The notes: generated from the letters alone by a model not told the origin. Counted from the stretch's first letter, positions 10,971-22,688 are shown. The stretch: 64,000 nt of DNA from an uncultured Bacteroides sp. (GCA_944320295.1 CALUGY010000083.1:3430-67429); one strand, 5' to 3'. A program made the numbers and translations.

Positions 10971-11128
10971 TCTTGTCTTTTGTTTGGCTTGTTTTATGTT
11001 TCCCCTTTTGAGGAAAATTCCCGGCAAAGTTACGAAAATATGCAATGCCTTTTCCCATTGTGTTTAGTTCGTCAGCATAAATTCCGTACTATTTCATGTG
11101 GATTTTAAGTGCAATCTTATAATTTCCG

Positions 11129-11186
11129 CCTTATATGTTCGGCTTGCGGACGGAATGTGTACGGACGTCGGGCGAAACATGTTGGG
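11129..11186. repeat. degenerate 22-bp-period array, family F (ccgaacatgttcgg-like), 3 units
   Basis: Units at 11129, 11151 and 11173; related to 42517-42596. Confidence 0.55.
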
Positions 11187-11324
11187 AGTTTACTTCTTTG
11201 CTGTTTGGAAGAAAACGGGTATAGGATTTCCTGTCGTAGGAAAAAAGACGGGATATTTGTTGGTTTTCAAAAAATATTCTCTACCTTTGCCCACGTTTTG
11301 ATAGTGCCTGTCAGGGTACAAAAT

Positions 11325-11397
11325 GCGGCAATAGCTCAGTTGGTAGAGCATCAGCTTCCCAAGCTGAGGGTCACGAGTTCGAACCTCGCTTGCCGCT
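11325..11397 (+). tRNA. tRNA-Gly(CCC)
   Basis: gcggcaa/ttgccgc acceptor stem, tcagc-ttCCCaa-gctga anticodon arm; TACCTTTG promoter element at 11282. Confidence 0.95.
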
Positions 11398-11404
11398 CTC
11401 AAAG

Positions 11405-11443
11405 AAAATCAGACGGTTATCGGTTAGATGCTGTCTGATTTTT
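11405..11443 (+). terminator. terminator after tRNA-Gly
   Basis: aaaatcagacgg...ctgtctgatttt hairpin. Confidence 0.7.
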
Positions 11444-11585
11444 GTTTTCCCTTTTCATATCTTATGTCCGATCCGCGGAGCTTATTTCCTCAATTCTTCA
11501 TTTCCTCCTGCCATTTTTCTCTTAAAAAATCGTACATTTGCCCCCTGTTTAATATAACATTGGAATTACTAATAACAAATATAAA

Positions 11586-13079
11586 ATGGCAGTAGAATTG
11601 AAAGACCTCACTAAACGTAGTGAGAATTACTCGCAATGGTACAACGAACTGGTTGTCAAGGCAGACTTGGCTGAACAGTCGGCAGTACGCGGTTGTATGG
11701 TAATCAAACCTTATGGGTATGCTATTTGGGAAAAAATGCAACGTCAGTTGGACGATATGTTCAAGGAAACTGGACATGTGAATGCTTATTTCCCTTTGCT
11801 TATTCCCAAATCGTTTCTCAGCCGTGAAGCAGAACACGTGGAAGGTTTTGCTAAAGAGTGTGCCGTAGTAACACATTATCGTTTAAAGAACGATCCGGAT
11901 GGAAACGGTGTAGTGGTAGATCCGGCAGCAAAATTGGAAGAAGAACTCATCATTCGTCCTACTTCGGAAACCATTATTTGGAATACATATAAAAACTGGA
12001 TCAATTCTTATCGGGATCTCCCTATTTTGTGCAACCAATGGGCTAACGTATTCCGTTGGGAAATGCGTACTCGCTTGTTTCTCCGTACAGCTGAATTCCT
12101 TTGGCAGGAAGGGCACACGGCACATGCCACTAAAGAAGAGGCTGAAGCAGAAGCTGTCAGGATGCTGAATGTATATGCGGACTTTGCCGAGAAATATATG
12201 GCTGTGCCTGTAGTAAAAGGCGTAAAGTCGGCTAACGAACGTTTTGCTGGTGCCCTCAACACATATACCATAGAAGCCATGATGCAAGACGGAAAGGCAT
12301 TGCAAAGTGGCACATCGCACTTCTTAGGTCAAAACTTTGCTAAGGCGTTCGATGTGCAATTCGTTAACAAGGAGAATAAGTTGGAGTATGTGTGGGCTAC
12401 ATCATGGGGGGTTTCCACTCGTTTGATGGGGGCACTTATCATGACACACTCTGATGACAACGGTTTGGTGCTTCCTCCGCACTTGGCTCCGATTCAAGTG
12501 GTTATTGTACCAATATATAAAAATGCGGAGATGCTAAGCAGGATAGATGAGAAAGTGGCTGGTATTGTTGCCAAATTGAAATCGATGGGCATATCCGTAA
12601 AATACGATAATGCTGATAACAAGCGTCCGGGATTTAAGTTCGCTGATTATGAGCTGAAAGGGGTTCCTGTGCGTATTGTGATGGGAGGCCGCGACTTGGA
12701 GAACAATACGGTGGAAATTATGCGCCGTGATACATTGGAAAAAGAGACTCGGTCGTGTGAGGGATTGGAAGAATATATCAAAGATTTGTTGGAGGACATC
12801 CAAGCAAACATTTATCGTAAGGCATTGGAATATCGCAATCGCCGTATCGTAAGTGTGGATACGTATGATGAGTTTAAAGAGAAAATTGAAGAAGGAGGCT
12901 TTGTCCTGGCTCATTGGGATGGCACGACAGAAACGGAAGAAAAAATAAAGGAAGAAACTAAGGCAACAATACGTTGCATTCCTTTTGATTCTTACCTGCC
13001 AGGTGACAAAGAACCGGGTAAATGCATGGTGACAGGCCGTCCGTCGGCATGCCGTGTCATCTTTGCACGTTCGTATTGA
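11586..13079 (+). CDS. proS: proline--tRNA ligase (archaeal/eukaryote-type)
   Basis: [41 protein letters not shown] and C-terminal FARSY. Confidence 0.97.
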   Translation: MAVELKDLTKRSENYSQWYNELVVKADLAEQSAVRGCMVIKPYGYAIWEKMQRQLDDMFKETGHVNAYFPLLIPKSFLSREAEHVEGFAKECAVVTHYRLKNDPDGNGVVVDPAAKLEEELIIRPTSETIIWNTYKNWINSYRDLPILCNQWANVFRWEMRTRLFLRTAEFLWQEGHTAHATKEEAEAEAVRMLNVYADFAEKYMAVPVVKGVKSANERFAGALNTYTIEAMMQDGKALQSGTSHFLGQNFAKAFDVQFVNKENKLEYVWATSWGVSTRLMGALIMTHSDDNGLVLPPHLAPIQVVIVPIYKNAEMLSRIDEKVAGIVAKLKSMGISVKYDNADNKRPGFKFADYELKGVPVRIVMGGRDLENNTVEIMRRDTLEKETRSCEGLEEYIKDLLEDIQANIYRKALEYRNRRIVSVDTYDEFKEKIEEGGFVLAHWDGTTETEEKIKEETKATIRCIPFDSYLPGDKEPGKCMVTGRPSACRVIFARSY

Positions 13080-13097
13080 TGATACAAAGAAGCAGAT

Positions 13098-13150
13098 AAA
13101 AAAATCCCCCTAAGAAGTTTGGCAATAGACGGTCTTAGGGGGATTATTAT
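13098..13150. terminator. likely bidirectional terminator proS/dapA
   Basis: aatccccctaaga/tcttagggggatt 13-bp inverted repeat between convergent genes. Confidence 0.75.
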
Positions 13151-13190
13151 TATTGTCTCATACTATTGAAAAGAAAACACACTAGAATCT

Positions 13191-14084
13191 TTAACACTTA
13201 ATGTTCAATTCGTTCAAAATCTTCCGCATAGCCTCGAATGTGGTAATACGGGTAGGAACCAGAGGAAGGCGCAACTTGTTTTCTATCATGCCCATGGCAT
13301 TCAGCATGGCCTTCACTCCAGCTGGATTTCCGTCTACAAACAATAGCTTGAATAATTCGGCAAACTTGTGATGGATAGTAAGTGCATTGGCATAATCTCC
13401 TTGTAGTGCAAGGCGCACCATGCGGCTGAACTCACGCGGAAAAGCATTGCCTATCACCGAAATAATGCCTACCGCACCCAATGTTATAAGAGGAAATGTG
13501 ATTCCATCATCACCGGAAATGACATCAAAATCAGCAGGCTTGTTTTTAATGATATCATCCATCTGAGTAATATCGCCCGACGCCTCTTTGACAGCTATTA
13601 CGTTTTTGAAGTCATGGGCTATGCGTAATGTCGTTTCAGCTTTCATGTTTACGCCAGTACGCCCTGGCACATTATACAAAACAATAGGCCTCGGAGATGC
13701 CTCGGAGATGGCCTTATAATGTTGATAAATACCTTCTTGTGAGGGCTTATTATAATATGGTACTACGGAAAGTATGGCATCTACCCCATCATAGTTTCCT
13801 GTTTTCAGGGCATCTACCACAGATTTTGTGCAGTTTCCTCCTACGCCGAGTAGGATGGGTATTTTCCCATTGACACGTTCAATGACCATCTCCTGTATCT
13901 TTTTCTTTTCATTGGCAGACAGGGTTGGGGTTTCGGCCGTTGTGCCAAGTACACATAGGAAGTCGGTATTATTTTGCAACTGGTAATCGACTAAGCGCAT
14001 CAAGGCATCATAATCCACGCTTTCGTCTTCTTTGAATGGAGTAATCAGCGCGACTCCCATTCCTTTCAGTTTAGTTTGTATCAT
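13191..14084 (-). CDS. dapA: 4-hydroxy-tetrahydrodipicolinate synthase
   Basis: GTTAE, PYYNKP, LYNVPGRTG, AVKEASG and SGDD motifs. Confidence 0.96.
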   Translation of the reverse strand: MIQTKLKGMGVALITPFKEDESVDYDALMRLVDYQLQNNTDFLCVLGTTAETPTLSANEKKKIQEMVIERVNGKIPILLGVGGNCTKSVVDALKTGNYDGVDAILSVVPYYNKPSQEGIYQHYKAISEASPRPIVLYNVPGRTGVNMKAETTLRIAHDFKNVIAVKEASGDITQMDDIIKNKPADFDVISGDDGITFPLITLGAVGIISVIGNAFPREFSRMVRLALQGDYANALTIHHKFAELFKLLFVDGNPAGVKAMLNAMGMIENKLRLPLVPTRITTFEAMRKILNELNIKC

Positions 14085-14168
14085 ATTGTGTATTAAAATA
14101 GTATATCATTAAACCATTGGCAAAAATACGACTTTTTGCTTATTCTTGTCGCATCTTCTAAATATCTT

Positions 14169-16166
14169 TTATAGTATCATACTCAGGAATTCGTTCTCAT
14201 CAATAATAGGTACGCCTAGTTTACGGGCTTTTTCCAATTTAGCGGGTCCCATGTTTTCTCCTGCTAAAATAAAACTTGTTTTGGAGGAGATGCTTCCCAC
14301 ATTTTTCCCTCCGTTCTTTTCAATCAATAATTTGTATTCATCCCTTGAATGATGAGTGAAAATACCACTTATGACAATAGATTTCCCAGCAAGTTTGTCT
14401 GTATATTCATTGCTATCTTGTTCTGGGCGTTTAAATTGCAGTCCTATTTCTTTAAGTCTTGCTACTAAAGATCTGTTTGTCGGGTTTTTGAAATAGGAGA
14501 TGATACTTTGGGCTATCTTTGTTCCAATCTCATCTATATTTGTCAACGTTTCGATGTCAGCATTTTCCAAATCTTCAATACAACTGAATGCACGTGCAAT
14601 TTTTTTAGCGACTGTTTCACCAACAAAACGTATGCCGAGTGCGAAAATTACTCTTTCAAAGGGGACTTCTTTGCTAGCTGCAATACTTGTGAGTATATTT
14701 TCTATTGATTTCATGCCCATACGTTCTACTTTTTTGATGTCAGTAGCTTGTAAATGATATAAATCGGCTACATCCTTGATGATTCCCGACCGGTAGAATT
14801 GATCAACGGTTTCCGGACCAAGGCCGTCTATATTCATCGCTTTTCGGCTGATGAAATGTTCTATTTTGCCTTTTATTTGAGGAGGGCATGCGGTTTCATT
14901 AGGACAGTAATGTGCAGCCTCTCCTTCATAGCGTATCAGCTTGCTGCCACATTCCGGACAATTGGTTATGAAAGCCACTTTTTCACCTATTAATATGCCT
15001 CTTGCATTCTTATCCACTCCGGTGATTTTCGGAATAATCTCACCTCCTTTTTCTACGTATACCATATCGCCAATGTGCAAATCTAACTTAGCGATGATGT
15101 CTGCATTGTGCAAGGATGCACGTTTGACAATAGTGCCGGATAATAAAACAGGGTCTAGGTTTGCGACTGGAGTTATCGCTCCCGTACGTCCAACCTGATA
15201 TGTGACTTTGTTCAGACGTGTTAAGGCCCGTTCGGCTTGAAATTTATAAGCAATGGCCCATCGGGGGGATTTAGCAGTATATCCTAGGTTTTTTTGTTGT
15301 TTTAAACTGTTGACTTTTAATACGATTCCATCTGTGGCTACAGGTAACTTCTTGCGTTCGCTATCCCAATAGTTTATGTAATCGAATATTTCTTGTAATG
15401 TATGGGCTATTTTCATGTGTTCCGAGATTTTAAAGCCCCATTTAGCGGCTGCTTTCAAATTTTCATAGTGTCCATTACATGGGAGCTCTTCACCCAAGAG
15501 ATAATACAAATAGGCATCTAATTTACGGGAAGCCACTACAGCAGAGTTCTGAGATTTTAGTGTACCGGAGGCTGCGTTGCGGGGATTGGCAAATAAAGGT
15601 TCCTCACGAAGTTCACGTTCTCGGTTTAAAGCTTCGAACGATTCCCATGGCATTAATACCTCTCCTCGTATTTCAAACCGTTTAGGATAATCCCCATGTA
15701 AAACAAGCGGAATTGTATGGATGGTTTTTATGTTTTCTGTCACATCATCTCCTTTTTCACCATCTCCTCGTGTTACCGCACGTATCAGTTTGCCATTTTC
15801 ATAAATCAGAGAAATAGAAGTTCCGTCATACTTTAATTCGCAACAAATTTCGAAGTCCTCATTTAGTGCTTTTGCAACTCTATCATAAAAATCACTAACT
15901 TCATCTTCAGAATATGTATTACCTAAAGAAAGCATAGGATATTGGTGAACCACTTGTGTGAAATTCTTATTAATGTCGCTTCCTACACGTACCGTTGGGG
16001 AATTATCATCTTGTAAATCCGGGTGTGCTTGCTCCAGGTCTTGGAGTTCACGCATCATATCATCAAATTCTTTGTCCGATATTAGGGGGGAATTAAGGAC
16101 ATAATAATTATAATTATGTCGGTGCAGTTCATTCCTTAAATATTCTATTCTGTCTTCTACGGTCAT
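14169..16166 (-). CDS. ligA: NAD-dependent DNA ligase
   Basis: [24 protein letters not shown], Zn finger, HhH and BRCT domains. Confidence 0.97.
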   Translation of the reverse strand: MTVEDRIEYLRNELHRHNYNYYVLNSPLISDKEFDDMMRELQDLEQAHPDLQDDNSPTVRVGSDINKNFTQVVHQYPMLSLGNTYSEDEVSDFYDRVAKALNEDFEICCELKYDGTSISLIYENGKLIRAVTRGDGEKGDDVTENIKTIHTIPLVLHGDYPKRFEIRGEVLMPWESFEALNRERELREEPLFANPRNAASGTLKSQNSAVVASRKLDAYLYYLLGEELPCNGHYENLKAAAKWGFKISEHMKIAHTLQEIFDYINYWDSERKKLPVATDGIVLKVNSLKQQKNLGYTAKSPRWAIAYKFQAERALTRLNKVTYQVGRTGAITPVANLDPVLLSGTIVKRASLHNADIIAKLDLHIGDMVYVEKGGEIIPKITGVDKNARGILIGEKVAFITNCPECGSKLIRYEGEAAHYCPNETACPPQIKGKIEHFISRKAMNIDGLGPETVDQFYRSGIIKDVADLYHLQATDIKKVERMGMKSIENILTSIAASKEVPFERVIFALGIRFVGETVAKKIARAFSCIEDLENADIETLTNIDEIGTKIAQSIISYFKNPTNRSLVARLKEIGLQFKRPEQDSNEYTDKLAGKSIVISGIFTHHSRDEYKLLIEKNGGKNVGSISSKTSFILAGENMGPAKLEKARKLGVPIIDENEFLSMIL

Positions 16167-16245
16167 ATTAATATTGGGTTGTTTGAATACAAAAATAAGG
16201 TTTTCCGCTTGAATATTTGTACTTTTGCTGAAAATTTAAATTCAT

Positions 16246-16923
16246 ATGAGAATTGACATTATTACTGTCCTGCCGGAAATGATAGAGGGATTTTTTAATT
16301 GTTCTATTATGCAACGCGCTAAAAATAAGGGATTGGCAGAAATATATATCCATAATTTGCGAGACTATACACATGATAAATATCGTCGTGTGGATGACTA
16401 TCCATTTGGTGGTTTTGCGGGAATGGTCATGAAGATAGAACCCATAGAACGATGCATCAATACCCTGAAGGCTGAAAGGAATTATGACGAGGTGATTTTT
16501 ACTACTCCTGATGGTGAACAATTTACGCAATCAATGGCCAATGCCTTGTCTCTTCAACAGAATTTCATCATATTATGCGGCCATTTTAAAGGTATTGATT
16601 ATCGTATTCGCGAACATTTAATCACGAAAGAAATCAGTATTGGAGATTACGTACTTACAGGAGGAGAACTGGCAGCGGCGGTAATAACAGATGCTATCGT
16701 TAGAATTATTCCCGGAGTGATTTCTGATGAACAATCGGCTCTCTCGGATTCTTTTCAAGACAATTTGTTGGCAGCTCCAGTATATACTCGTCCTGCAGAT
16801 TATAATGGCTGGAAGGTTCCAGATGTACTACTTTCCGGGCATGAAGCAAAAATAAAAGAATGGGAGTTGCAACAATCATTAGAAAGAACACGTCGCTTAC
16901 GTCCTGATCTTTTAAAAGGGTAA
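16246..16923 (+). CDS. trmD: tRNA (guanosine37-N1)-methyltransferase
   Basis: VDDYPFGG and [11 protein letters not shown] motifs. Confidence 0.97.
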   Translation: MRIDIITVLPEMIEGFFNCSIMQRAKNKGLAEIYIHNLRDYTHDKYRRVDDYPFGGFAGMVMKIEPIERCINTLKAERNYDEVIFTTPDGEQFTQSMANALSLQQNFIILCGHFKGIDYRIREHLITKEISIGDYVLTGGELAAAVITDAIVRIIPGVISDEQSALSDSFQDNLLAAPVYTRPADYNGWKVPDVLLSGHEAKIKEWELQQSLERTRRLRPDLLKG

Positions 16924-17002
16924 CAAATGTATAAGGAATAAAATCAGGGGAGGTTGCTAGAAGTTTATGTTTTATATGCGAATAAGGGTTATTTGTAACC
17001 TG

Positions 17003-17914
17003 TTATACCTCAAGCGCACCTATAATATCCTTTATAGACTTACATTTGTGCCTTTCTAAGTATTCGTCTATTCCTGCTATAACTTTTAAAGTTACTGTTG
17101 GATCTATAAAATTTGCAGTACCAATTTGTATGGCTGTTGCCCCTGCCAAGAAAAATTCTATTGCATCTTTCCAGTTCATAATGCCTCCTAATCCTATGAC
17201 CGGTATTTTGATGGCTTTTGCAACTTGCCATACCATACGTAATGCAATAGGCTTTACTGCCGCTCCAGATAGTCCTCCAGTAATAGTTGACAAAATAGGT
17301 TTGCGACGTTCTGCATCTATTGCCATTCCTAATAGCGTATTTATCAATGATACACTATCTGCACCACTATATTCAACAGCCCGTGCTATTTCTGTAATAT
17401 CTGTAACGTTTGGAGATAATTTCACAATGAGCGTTTTTTTATAGACGGAACGAACCGCTTTTACAACAGATTCAGCACCTTGTGCACTAACTCCGAAAGC
17501 CATTCCTCCTTGTTTGACATTTGGGCAGGAGATATTCAATTCAATGGCAGGAATATTGACAAGTTCATTGATGATTTCTGCAGTTTGTACGTAATCTTCG
17601 ATTGCAGAGCCAGATACATTTACAATTATATTGGTTTTTATGTCTTTTATGCGAGGATAAATGTGTTTGACGAAATAATTCACTCCTTTATTCTGCAGTC
17701 CCACAGCATTTAACATGCCAGACGGAGTCTCAGCCATTCTTGGATAAGGATTGCCTTCACGTTTGTGAATGGTAGTCCCTTTTACAATAATGCCGCCTAT
17801 TCGTGCAATATCGATAAAATCCATGAACTCTTCTCCGTAACCAAAGGTGCCCGATGCTGTCATCACCGGATTTTTCAGCTTTAATTCGCCAATATTTACA
17901 TTTAAATTTGCCAT
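17003..17914 (-). CDS. pyrD: dihydroorotate dehydrogenase (family 1B catalytic subunit)
   Basis: [22 protein letters not shown] and GGLSG motifs. Confidence 0.95.
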   Translation of the reverse strand: MANLNVNIGELKLKNPVMTASGTFGYGEEFMDFIDIARIGGIIVKGTTIHKREGNPYPRMAETPSGMLNAVGLQNKGVNYFVKHIYPRIKDIKTNIIVNVSGSAIEDYVQTAEIINELVNIPAIELNISCPNVKQGGMAFGVSAQGAESVVKAVRSVYKKTLIVKLSPNVTDITEIARAVEYSGADSVSLINTLLGMAIDAERRKPILSTITGGLSGAAVKPIALRMVWQVAKAIKIPVIGLGGIMNWKDAIEFFLAGATAIQIGTANFIDPTVTLKVIAGIDEYLERHKCKSIKDIIGALEV

Positions 17915-18681
17915 AACAATCTATTTATATTAAAAACTGGGCCTTCTTTACATACGCATAAATGCCCTTCAGTAGTATTTTCTACACAACAAAGACACGC
18001 TCCAAGCCCGCATGCCATCATATTTTCTAATGATACTTCACAGTTGATATTGTGACTTCTCGCATATTTTGCTACTGACATCATCATTGGCTTTGGGCCG
18101 CAAGTATAAATATATTCCACTTCTATTTGTGAAAGGATGGAATGTTGTGTTACATATCCTATTTCTCCATAACTTCCGTCTTCAGTTGTCGCATATATTT
18201 CGCCATAATTAGCAAACAGGTCTAACTGCAATAGATCGTTACGACTTTTGGCCCCCAGCAGGAATATTGGTTCATGATTTTTTTGAACCAATTGTTCTCC
18301 TAAATAGAGCAGAGGAGCTGTTCCAACACCACCACCGATCAATAGTACTTTCTTTTTCAGATGAGAATCCGGAAAAGTAAAGCCATTTCCTAAGGGTAAT
18401 ATGACATTAATAATATCACCGGGTTGTGCGTTTCCTAAATGACGCGTTCCATCCCCCACAAGTTGGATGAGAAACCAAACTTCATTATGGACACGATCTA
18501 CATAATTTATAGAAATAGGGCGGCGTAAAAATGTTGTAGGCGATTTATCTATTCTGATTTCAGCGAACTGGCCAGGCAACATCTCTGGAAGTCTTTTAGA
18601 AGATGTCAGTTTCAGTAGCACATAATTTAAATTCAGCTGGATGTTTTCAACCACAGTCAGATCTAAAATATATTTCTTCAT
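17902..18681 (-). CDS. pyrK: dihydroorotate dehydrogenase electron transfer subunit
   Basis: LRRPISI, GGGVG and [11 protein letters not shown]...C [2Fe-2S] motifs; overlaps the pyrD start. Confidence 0.94.
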   Translation of the reverse strand: MKKYILDLTVVENIQLNLNYVLLKLTSSKRLPEMLPGQFAEIRIDKSPTTFLRRPISINYVDRVHNEVWFLIQLVGDGTRHLGNAQPGDIINVILPLGNGFTFPDSHLKKKVLLIGGGVGTAPLLYLGEQLVQKNHEPIFLLGAKSRNDLLQLDLFANYGEIYATTEDGSYGEIGYVTQHSILSQIEVEYIYTCGPKPMMMSVAKYARSHNINCEVSLENMMACGLGACLCCVENTTEGHLCVCKEGPVFNINRLLWQI

Positions 18682-18821
18682 AATTTAAAAGATTCTTCAG
18701 ATGCAAACTTACGCAATTCTTTTGGAATAATCTAATAAATATATTGCTTAGTTAGGTATAGTTAGTAATTAGGGTATTTTTATGGATGTACATGGATTTC
18801 CTATCGTTTTCAGATTTGTTT

Positions 18822-19310
18822 TTAGGAATGTTCTGGTTTAAATATTTCATAAGTATTGTCATCGAAAAAAATTCTTATTTCAGTAATTTTTTTCAATGGC
18901 CTTTCTTTATGCATAACATTTTGTTCTCCAATATTTTTAGTGTCATTTCGTGGTGATTCTATTGGCCTTTCCTTGGATTTTTTCATTTCAACCTGTACGG
19001 CGGGTGGATTTTCGGCCTTCTCGGCAAATAGAGGACAATCAGCGTAATCGTCCTTTGCTGTCATTTGACTATTATAGGAGGGAATGTTACTCATATTTCC
19101 TTTTCCGGTAAGTAGCCATTCTAGGTTAATATCACTATATCGTTTGTGTAAACGCAATATGACTTCGGTGCTAGGGTATTTATTACGTGATCCCAAAATA
19201 TGGGATATGGTAGCTTGTGCTACATTTATACTCTTTGCGAAAGCGCCATCTGTCAAGTTCTCTCGTTCCATTATCATTCTGAACCGATCTTTTATCCCTG
19301 TATCATCCAT
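18822..19310 (-). CDS. XRE/Cro-CI-type helix-turn-helix protein
   Basis: N-terminal HTH (FAKSINVAQATISHIL...LEWLLTGKG), low-complexity linker, C-terminal KITEIRIFFDDNTYEIF. Confidence 0.8.
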   Translation of the reverse strand: MDDTGIKDRFRMIMERENLTDGAFAKSINVAQATISHILGSRNKYPSTEVILRLHKRYSDINLEWLLTGKGNMSNIPSYNSQMTAKDDYADCPLFAEKAENPPAVQVEMKKSKERPIESPRNDTKNIGEQNVMHKERPLKKITEIRIFFDDNTYEIFKPEHS

Positions 19311-20014
19311 AAATCACATGTTATTTATTATTATAATCAAGTCAGCTATTACTTTACAAAGATATGTAATTGAGATTAAAAATGCAAATTATACGATCCG
19401 AGATGGTGCATTGCAAGTATAATTGGAATATGTAACGTAAAAACAGCATATTATCTTTGTAATACAGACAGGATGTATGATGCTCATATTTATCTTTATA
19501 TAATCCATATTATATACTGGTTATAAGATAGTTATTGTGAGGATTGAGTACATGTGAACGCATAATAGACAATTATGCCTATTATACTATTGTTTATATT
19601 ATTATTTGCTGCAATAAGCTTGATTTGAGCTTTGATAATATGATATTTACTTTTTGAAATTTACTCGTTAAGCGTAATTATTACATGAATGTGAAAGATG
19701 CATTACTAAGGGAATATTCATTTAGAATTGTACCTCTCGTTAAAAGCATATCACAGTTGTAATATATCGATGTGATAACATGAGAAATGTAAATCGAGGA
19801 TATCACGCAATCATTACATATGTTAAGCCGTGTGTGTACTTGTAATAATGAAAAGTATTGTACTATCAATACTCTTTAAAAGAAAGAAATATGATAATAG
19901 AAAATAACAACTATTCTCTTCCTGCTATTTTAAATCTTGGTAGTTTTGAAACAGAATGACACGTTACAGATTTCTATTGTCTAATGAAATAGACTCCGAG
20001 GGAATCACTATTAA

Positions 20015-21034
20015 TTAATGGAATATCCGGAAAATGAGTTCACGTAGGATGTCTCCGTCATTCAGCGAAGAATTGGATACCCCTTTAGACATGGCATCAG
20101 CATATCTGATATAACCTATTATTTGCATTGTCTTTACTCCTGTGTAACGATGCATTGCGATGATATATTCTTTCGCCTGCCAAGGATATTTCAAGCCTAT
20201 GAAATTAGCTATCCCCTGTTCGGATTTATCTGGAGAATAATAAGCTAACATTAGGTTTGAAAAAAAAGAAAAGAGTAAAGACAATGTGACTTGAACCGGA
20301 TTGGATTTAGGATTTTCTGCGAAATATTTTATAATCCTGTTGGCTTTCAGGATGTTCTTTTCTATAATGGCACTACGTAGCTCAAAATTATTGTAGTTCT
20401 TACTGATGCCGATATTACGTTCTATCAGTTCCGGAGAAAGAGATGTCTGATTTTCAGGAAGAGTTATTACTAATTTTTCAAGCTCACCGGTTAGACGGCA
20501 AAGGTCAGTACCAACGAACTCACTAAGCATAGCTACCGCTTTGGGAGGGCAGTCTATGCCTTTGCTTTTCATATATGAAGTAATAAAAATTGGAAGCTGG
20601 CTTTCTTTGAGTTTTTTAGATTCAAAAAGAATTCCTTTTTTCTCTATTTCTGCAGCAAGTTTCTTCCTCCGGTCGAGGACACCATGTTTGTGGCAAAATA
20701 CCAAGATGGTTGATTGTAATGGTCTCTGCAGATAATATGAGAGCTCGTCTATATTACGTACGGCCTGCGCTTCTTTTATTATGACCACCTGATGTTCGGA
20801 CATCATGGGATAGCGTTTGGCCGTATTTATAATGGTTGCAATATCCACTTCGGCTCCATAGAGAATGGTTTGGTTGAATTCCTTTTCAGTTTCCGTCAGC
20901 ACATTCTCCGCTATATAGTCGGCAATGAGGTCAATGTAATAGTCTTCCTCTCCCATCAAGTAGTATATGGGAAAGTATTGCCGGGCTTTTAAACTCTTTA
21001 ATATGCTGTCGTATGTAATTTCTTGCTTGGCCAT
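20015..21034 (-). CDS. holA: DNA polymerase III delta subunit
   Basis: YYLMGEEDYY...EFNQTILYG, AKRYPMM, ELEKL pattern; 339 aa. Confidence 0.9.
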   Translation of the reverse strand: MAKQEITYDSILKSLKARQYFPIYYLMGEEDYYIDLIADYIAENVLTETEKEFNQTILYGAEVDIATIINTAKRYPMMSEHQVVIIKEAQAVRNIDELSYYLQRPLQSTILVFCHKHGVLDRRKKLAAEIEKKGILFESKKLKESQLPIFITSYMKSKGIDCPPKAVAMLSEFVGTDLCRLTGELEKLVITLPENQTSLSPELIERNIGISKNYNNFELRSAIIEKNILKANRIIKYFAENPKSNPVQVTLSLLFSFFSNLMLAYYSPDKSEQGIANFIGLKYPWQAKEYIIAMHRYTGVKTMQIIGYIRYADAMSKGVSNSSLNDGDILRELIFRIFH

Positions 21035-21058
21035 ATCTTACTATAAACCCAAAGAGAA

Positions 21059-21835
21059 CTACCATTCAAACTTCAAGTGCCTTACGGTTTTCTTCTCGTC
21101 AATAATCATGCGTAAGGAAGCTATGCCAATCATTACATGCTCCTTTACGTAATTCTGCGTGACCATTGTATCGCTTTTGTCGGTCTTGATGCCTTCCGGA
21201 ATCATCGGTTGGTCTGACACGAGCAAGAGGGCTCCCGTCGGGATGTGGTTGGCAAAGCCGCAACTGAACAGCGTGGCCGTTTCCATGTCGACCGCCATAG
21301 CACGAGTGGTTTTAAGGTATTCTTTGAATGCCGCGTCATGCTCCCAGATGCGACGGTTCGTGGTATATACCGTGCCCGTCCAATAGTCTCTGGCACAATC
21401 GCGTATGGCAGAAGAAACCGCCCTTTGCAACATAAATGCAGGCAACGCCGGAACCTCCGGAGGAAAATAGTCGTTGGAGGTGCCTTCGCCACGGATGGCC
21501 GCGATGGGCAAGATGAAGTCGCCTATCTTGTTCTTGGGACTTATTCCCCCGCATTTGCCAAGGAACAGGCATGCCTTGGGCTGGATTGCGCTCAACAAGT
21601 CCATGATAATGGCCGCGTTGGGGCTTCCCATGCCGAAGTTGATGATGGTTATCCCCTCCGCATGGGCCGATGTCATGTTCGCATCCCGGCCAAGGACAGG
21701 CACATCGAATCTTTCAGCAAATATTTCTACATACTTATTGAAGTTAGTCAAAAGAATATATTCTCCGAAATCTTCTAACCTGCGTTTAGTATAACGGGGA
21801 AGCCAGTTTGCTACGATTTCTTCTTTTGTATTCAT
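21059..21835 (-). CDS. amn: AMP nucleosidase (PNP/UDP family)
   Basis: INFGMGSPNAA, FLGKCGG, AVDMETAT and LLVSDQP motifs. Confidence 0.9.
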   Translation of the reverse strand: MNTKEEIVANWLPRYTKRRLEDFGEYILLTNFNKYVEIFAERFDVPVLGRDANMTSAHAEGITIINFGMGSPNAAIIMDLLSAIQPKACLFLGKCGGISPKNKIGDFILPIAAIRGEGTSNDYFPPEVPALPAFMLQRAVSSAIRDCARDYWTGTVYTTNRRIWEHDAAFKEYLKTTRAMAVDMETATLFSCGFANHIPTGALLLVSDQPMIPEGIKTDKSDTMVTQNYVKEHVMIGIASLRMIIDEKKTVRHLKFEW

Positions 21836-21884
21836 ATGGTTTTACTAACTTTGTCATCATTCATTCATTTTACAAAAGTAGCAA

Positions 21885-22337
21885 ATGTTATCGTTAAACC
21901 TGCCAGCCTTCGATGCTAAAATTGCTTTGGTAGATGGGAAAAATGTCATTTGGGACATAATACGCCAGAAATACGTCGCCCTGACTCCCGAAGAATGGGT
22001 GCGGCAGCACTTCGTGCACTACCTGATAGAGCACAAAGGCTATCCCCGGACGCTGATGGCCAATGAAGTACAACTGAATCTCAACGGGACCAAGAAGCGC
22101 TGCGACACGGTTTTGTATCAGCGGGACCTCAGCACAAAGATGATTTTGGAATACAAGGCACCCCACATTGAAATAACGCAGGCCGTGTTCAATCAAATAA
22201 CCCGCTATAACATAGTGCTTAAGGTGGACTACCTTGTCGTAAGCAACGGCCTCCGCCACTACTGCTGCCGCATGGACTACGCACACAATACCTATTCCTT
22301 CCTGCCGGAGATCCCCGCCTATACAGAGCTGGAATGA
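21885..22337 (+). CDS. stand-alone type I restriction enzyme HsdR N-terminal-like domain protein
   Basis: LTPEEWVRQ, RCD..., ILEYKAP, QITRYN and VSNG nuclease-like motifs. Confidence 0.85.
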   Translation: MLSLNLPAFDAKIALVDGKNVIWDIIRQKYVALTPEEWVRQHFVHYLIEHKGYPRTLMANEVQLNLNGTKKRCDTVLYQRDLSTKMILEYKAPHIEITQAVFNQITRYNIVLKVDYLVVSNGLRHYCCRMDYAHNTYSFLPEIPAYTELE

Positions 22338-22408
22338 CCGCTGGTAACGCCGGCAAGGCGCTGCCTTCTCCGCACTCTTACCCTCTCTAAATGCTGTTTA
22401 GAGATAGA

Positions 22409-22536
22409 ATCATCGTACATGATACCTATCATCATCGTACATGATGCCTACCATCATCGTATATGATGCCTACCATCATCGTGCATGATGCCTATCATCA
22501 TCGTACATGATGACTACCATCATCCTGCATGATGCC
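22409..22536. repeat. 22-bp tandem palindromic array, family A (ATCATcgtacATGAT), 6 units
   Basis: Units at 22409, 22431, 22453, 22475, 22497 and 22519. Confidence 0.95.
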
Positions 22537-22688
22537 ATGCCTTTCCTGTATCTCGACAAGGTATAGGCGGGGACAAGCAGGCCTCTATCCCGTATCAAAA
22601 GCAGACTTAGAGGGAATGAATGCCGCCTTTTGTTCGGTTATTCCGATGATATCATGTATTTTTGTATCGTCTTTATTCCATCACGATC

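Noticed and set aside
9814-11397. Integrated element at the tRNA genes
   Set aside because: No integrase and no duplicated tRNA 3' end seen; flanking genes are housekeeping.
18822-19310. Prophage CI repressor remnant
   Set aside because: No S24 peptidase domain and no phage genes nearby; embedded between pyrK and holA.
19554-19583. dif (XerCD) site: gtgaacgcataa-tagacaa-ttatgcctatt
   Set aside because: It has the gcataa/ttatgc inverted core, but the spacer is 7 bp rather than 6 and the XerD arm lacks ttatgttaaa. Too weak to call.
22409-22536. CRISPR array (also considered for 2301, 50031, 56332 and 61426)
   Set aside because: The period is only 22 bp with 7-10 bp near-constant linkers. There are no unique 25-40 bp spacers and no cas genes.
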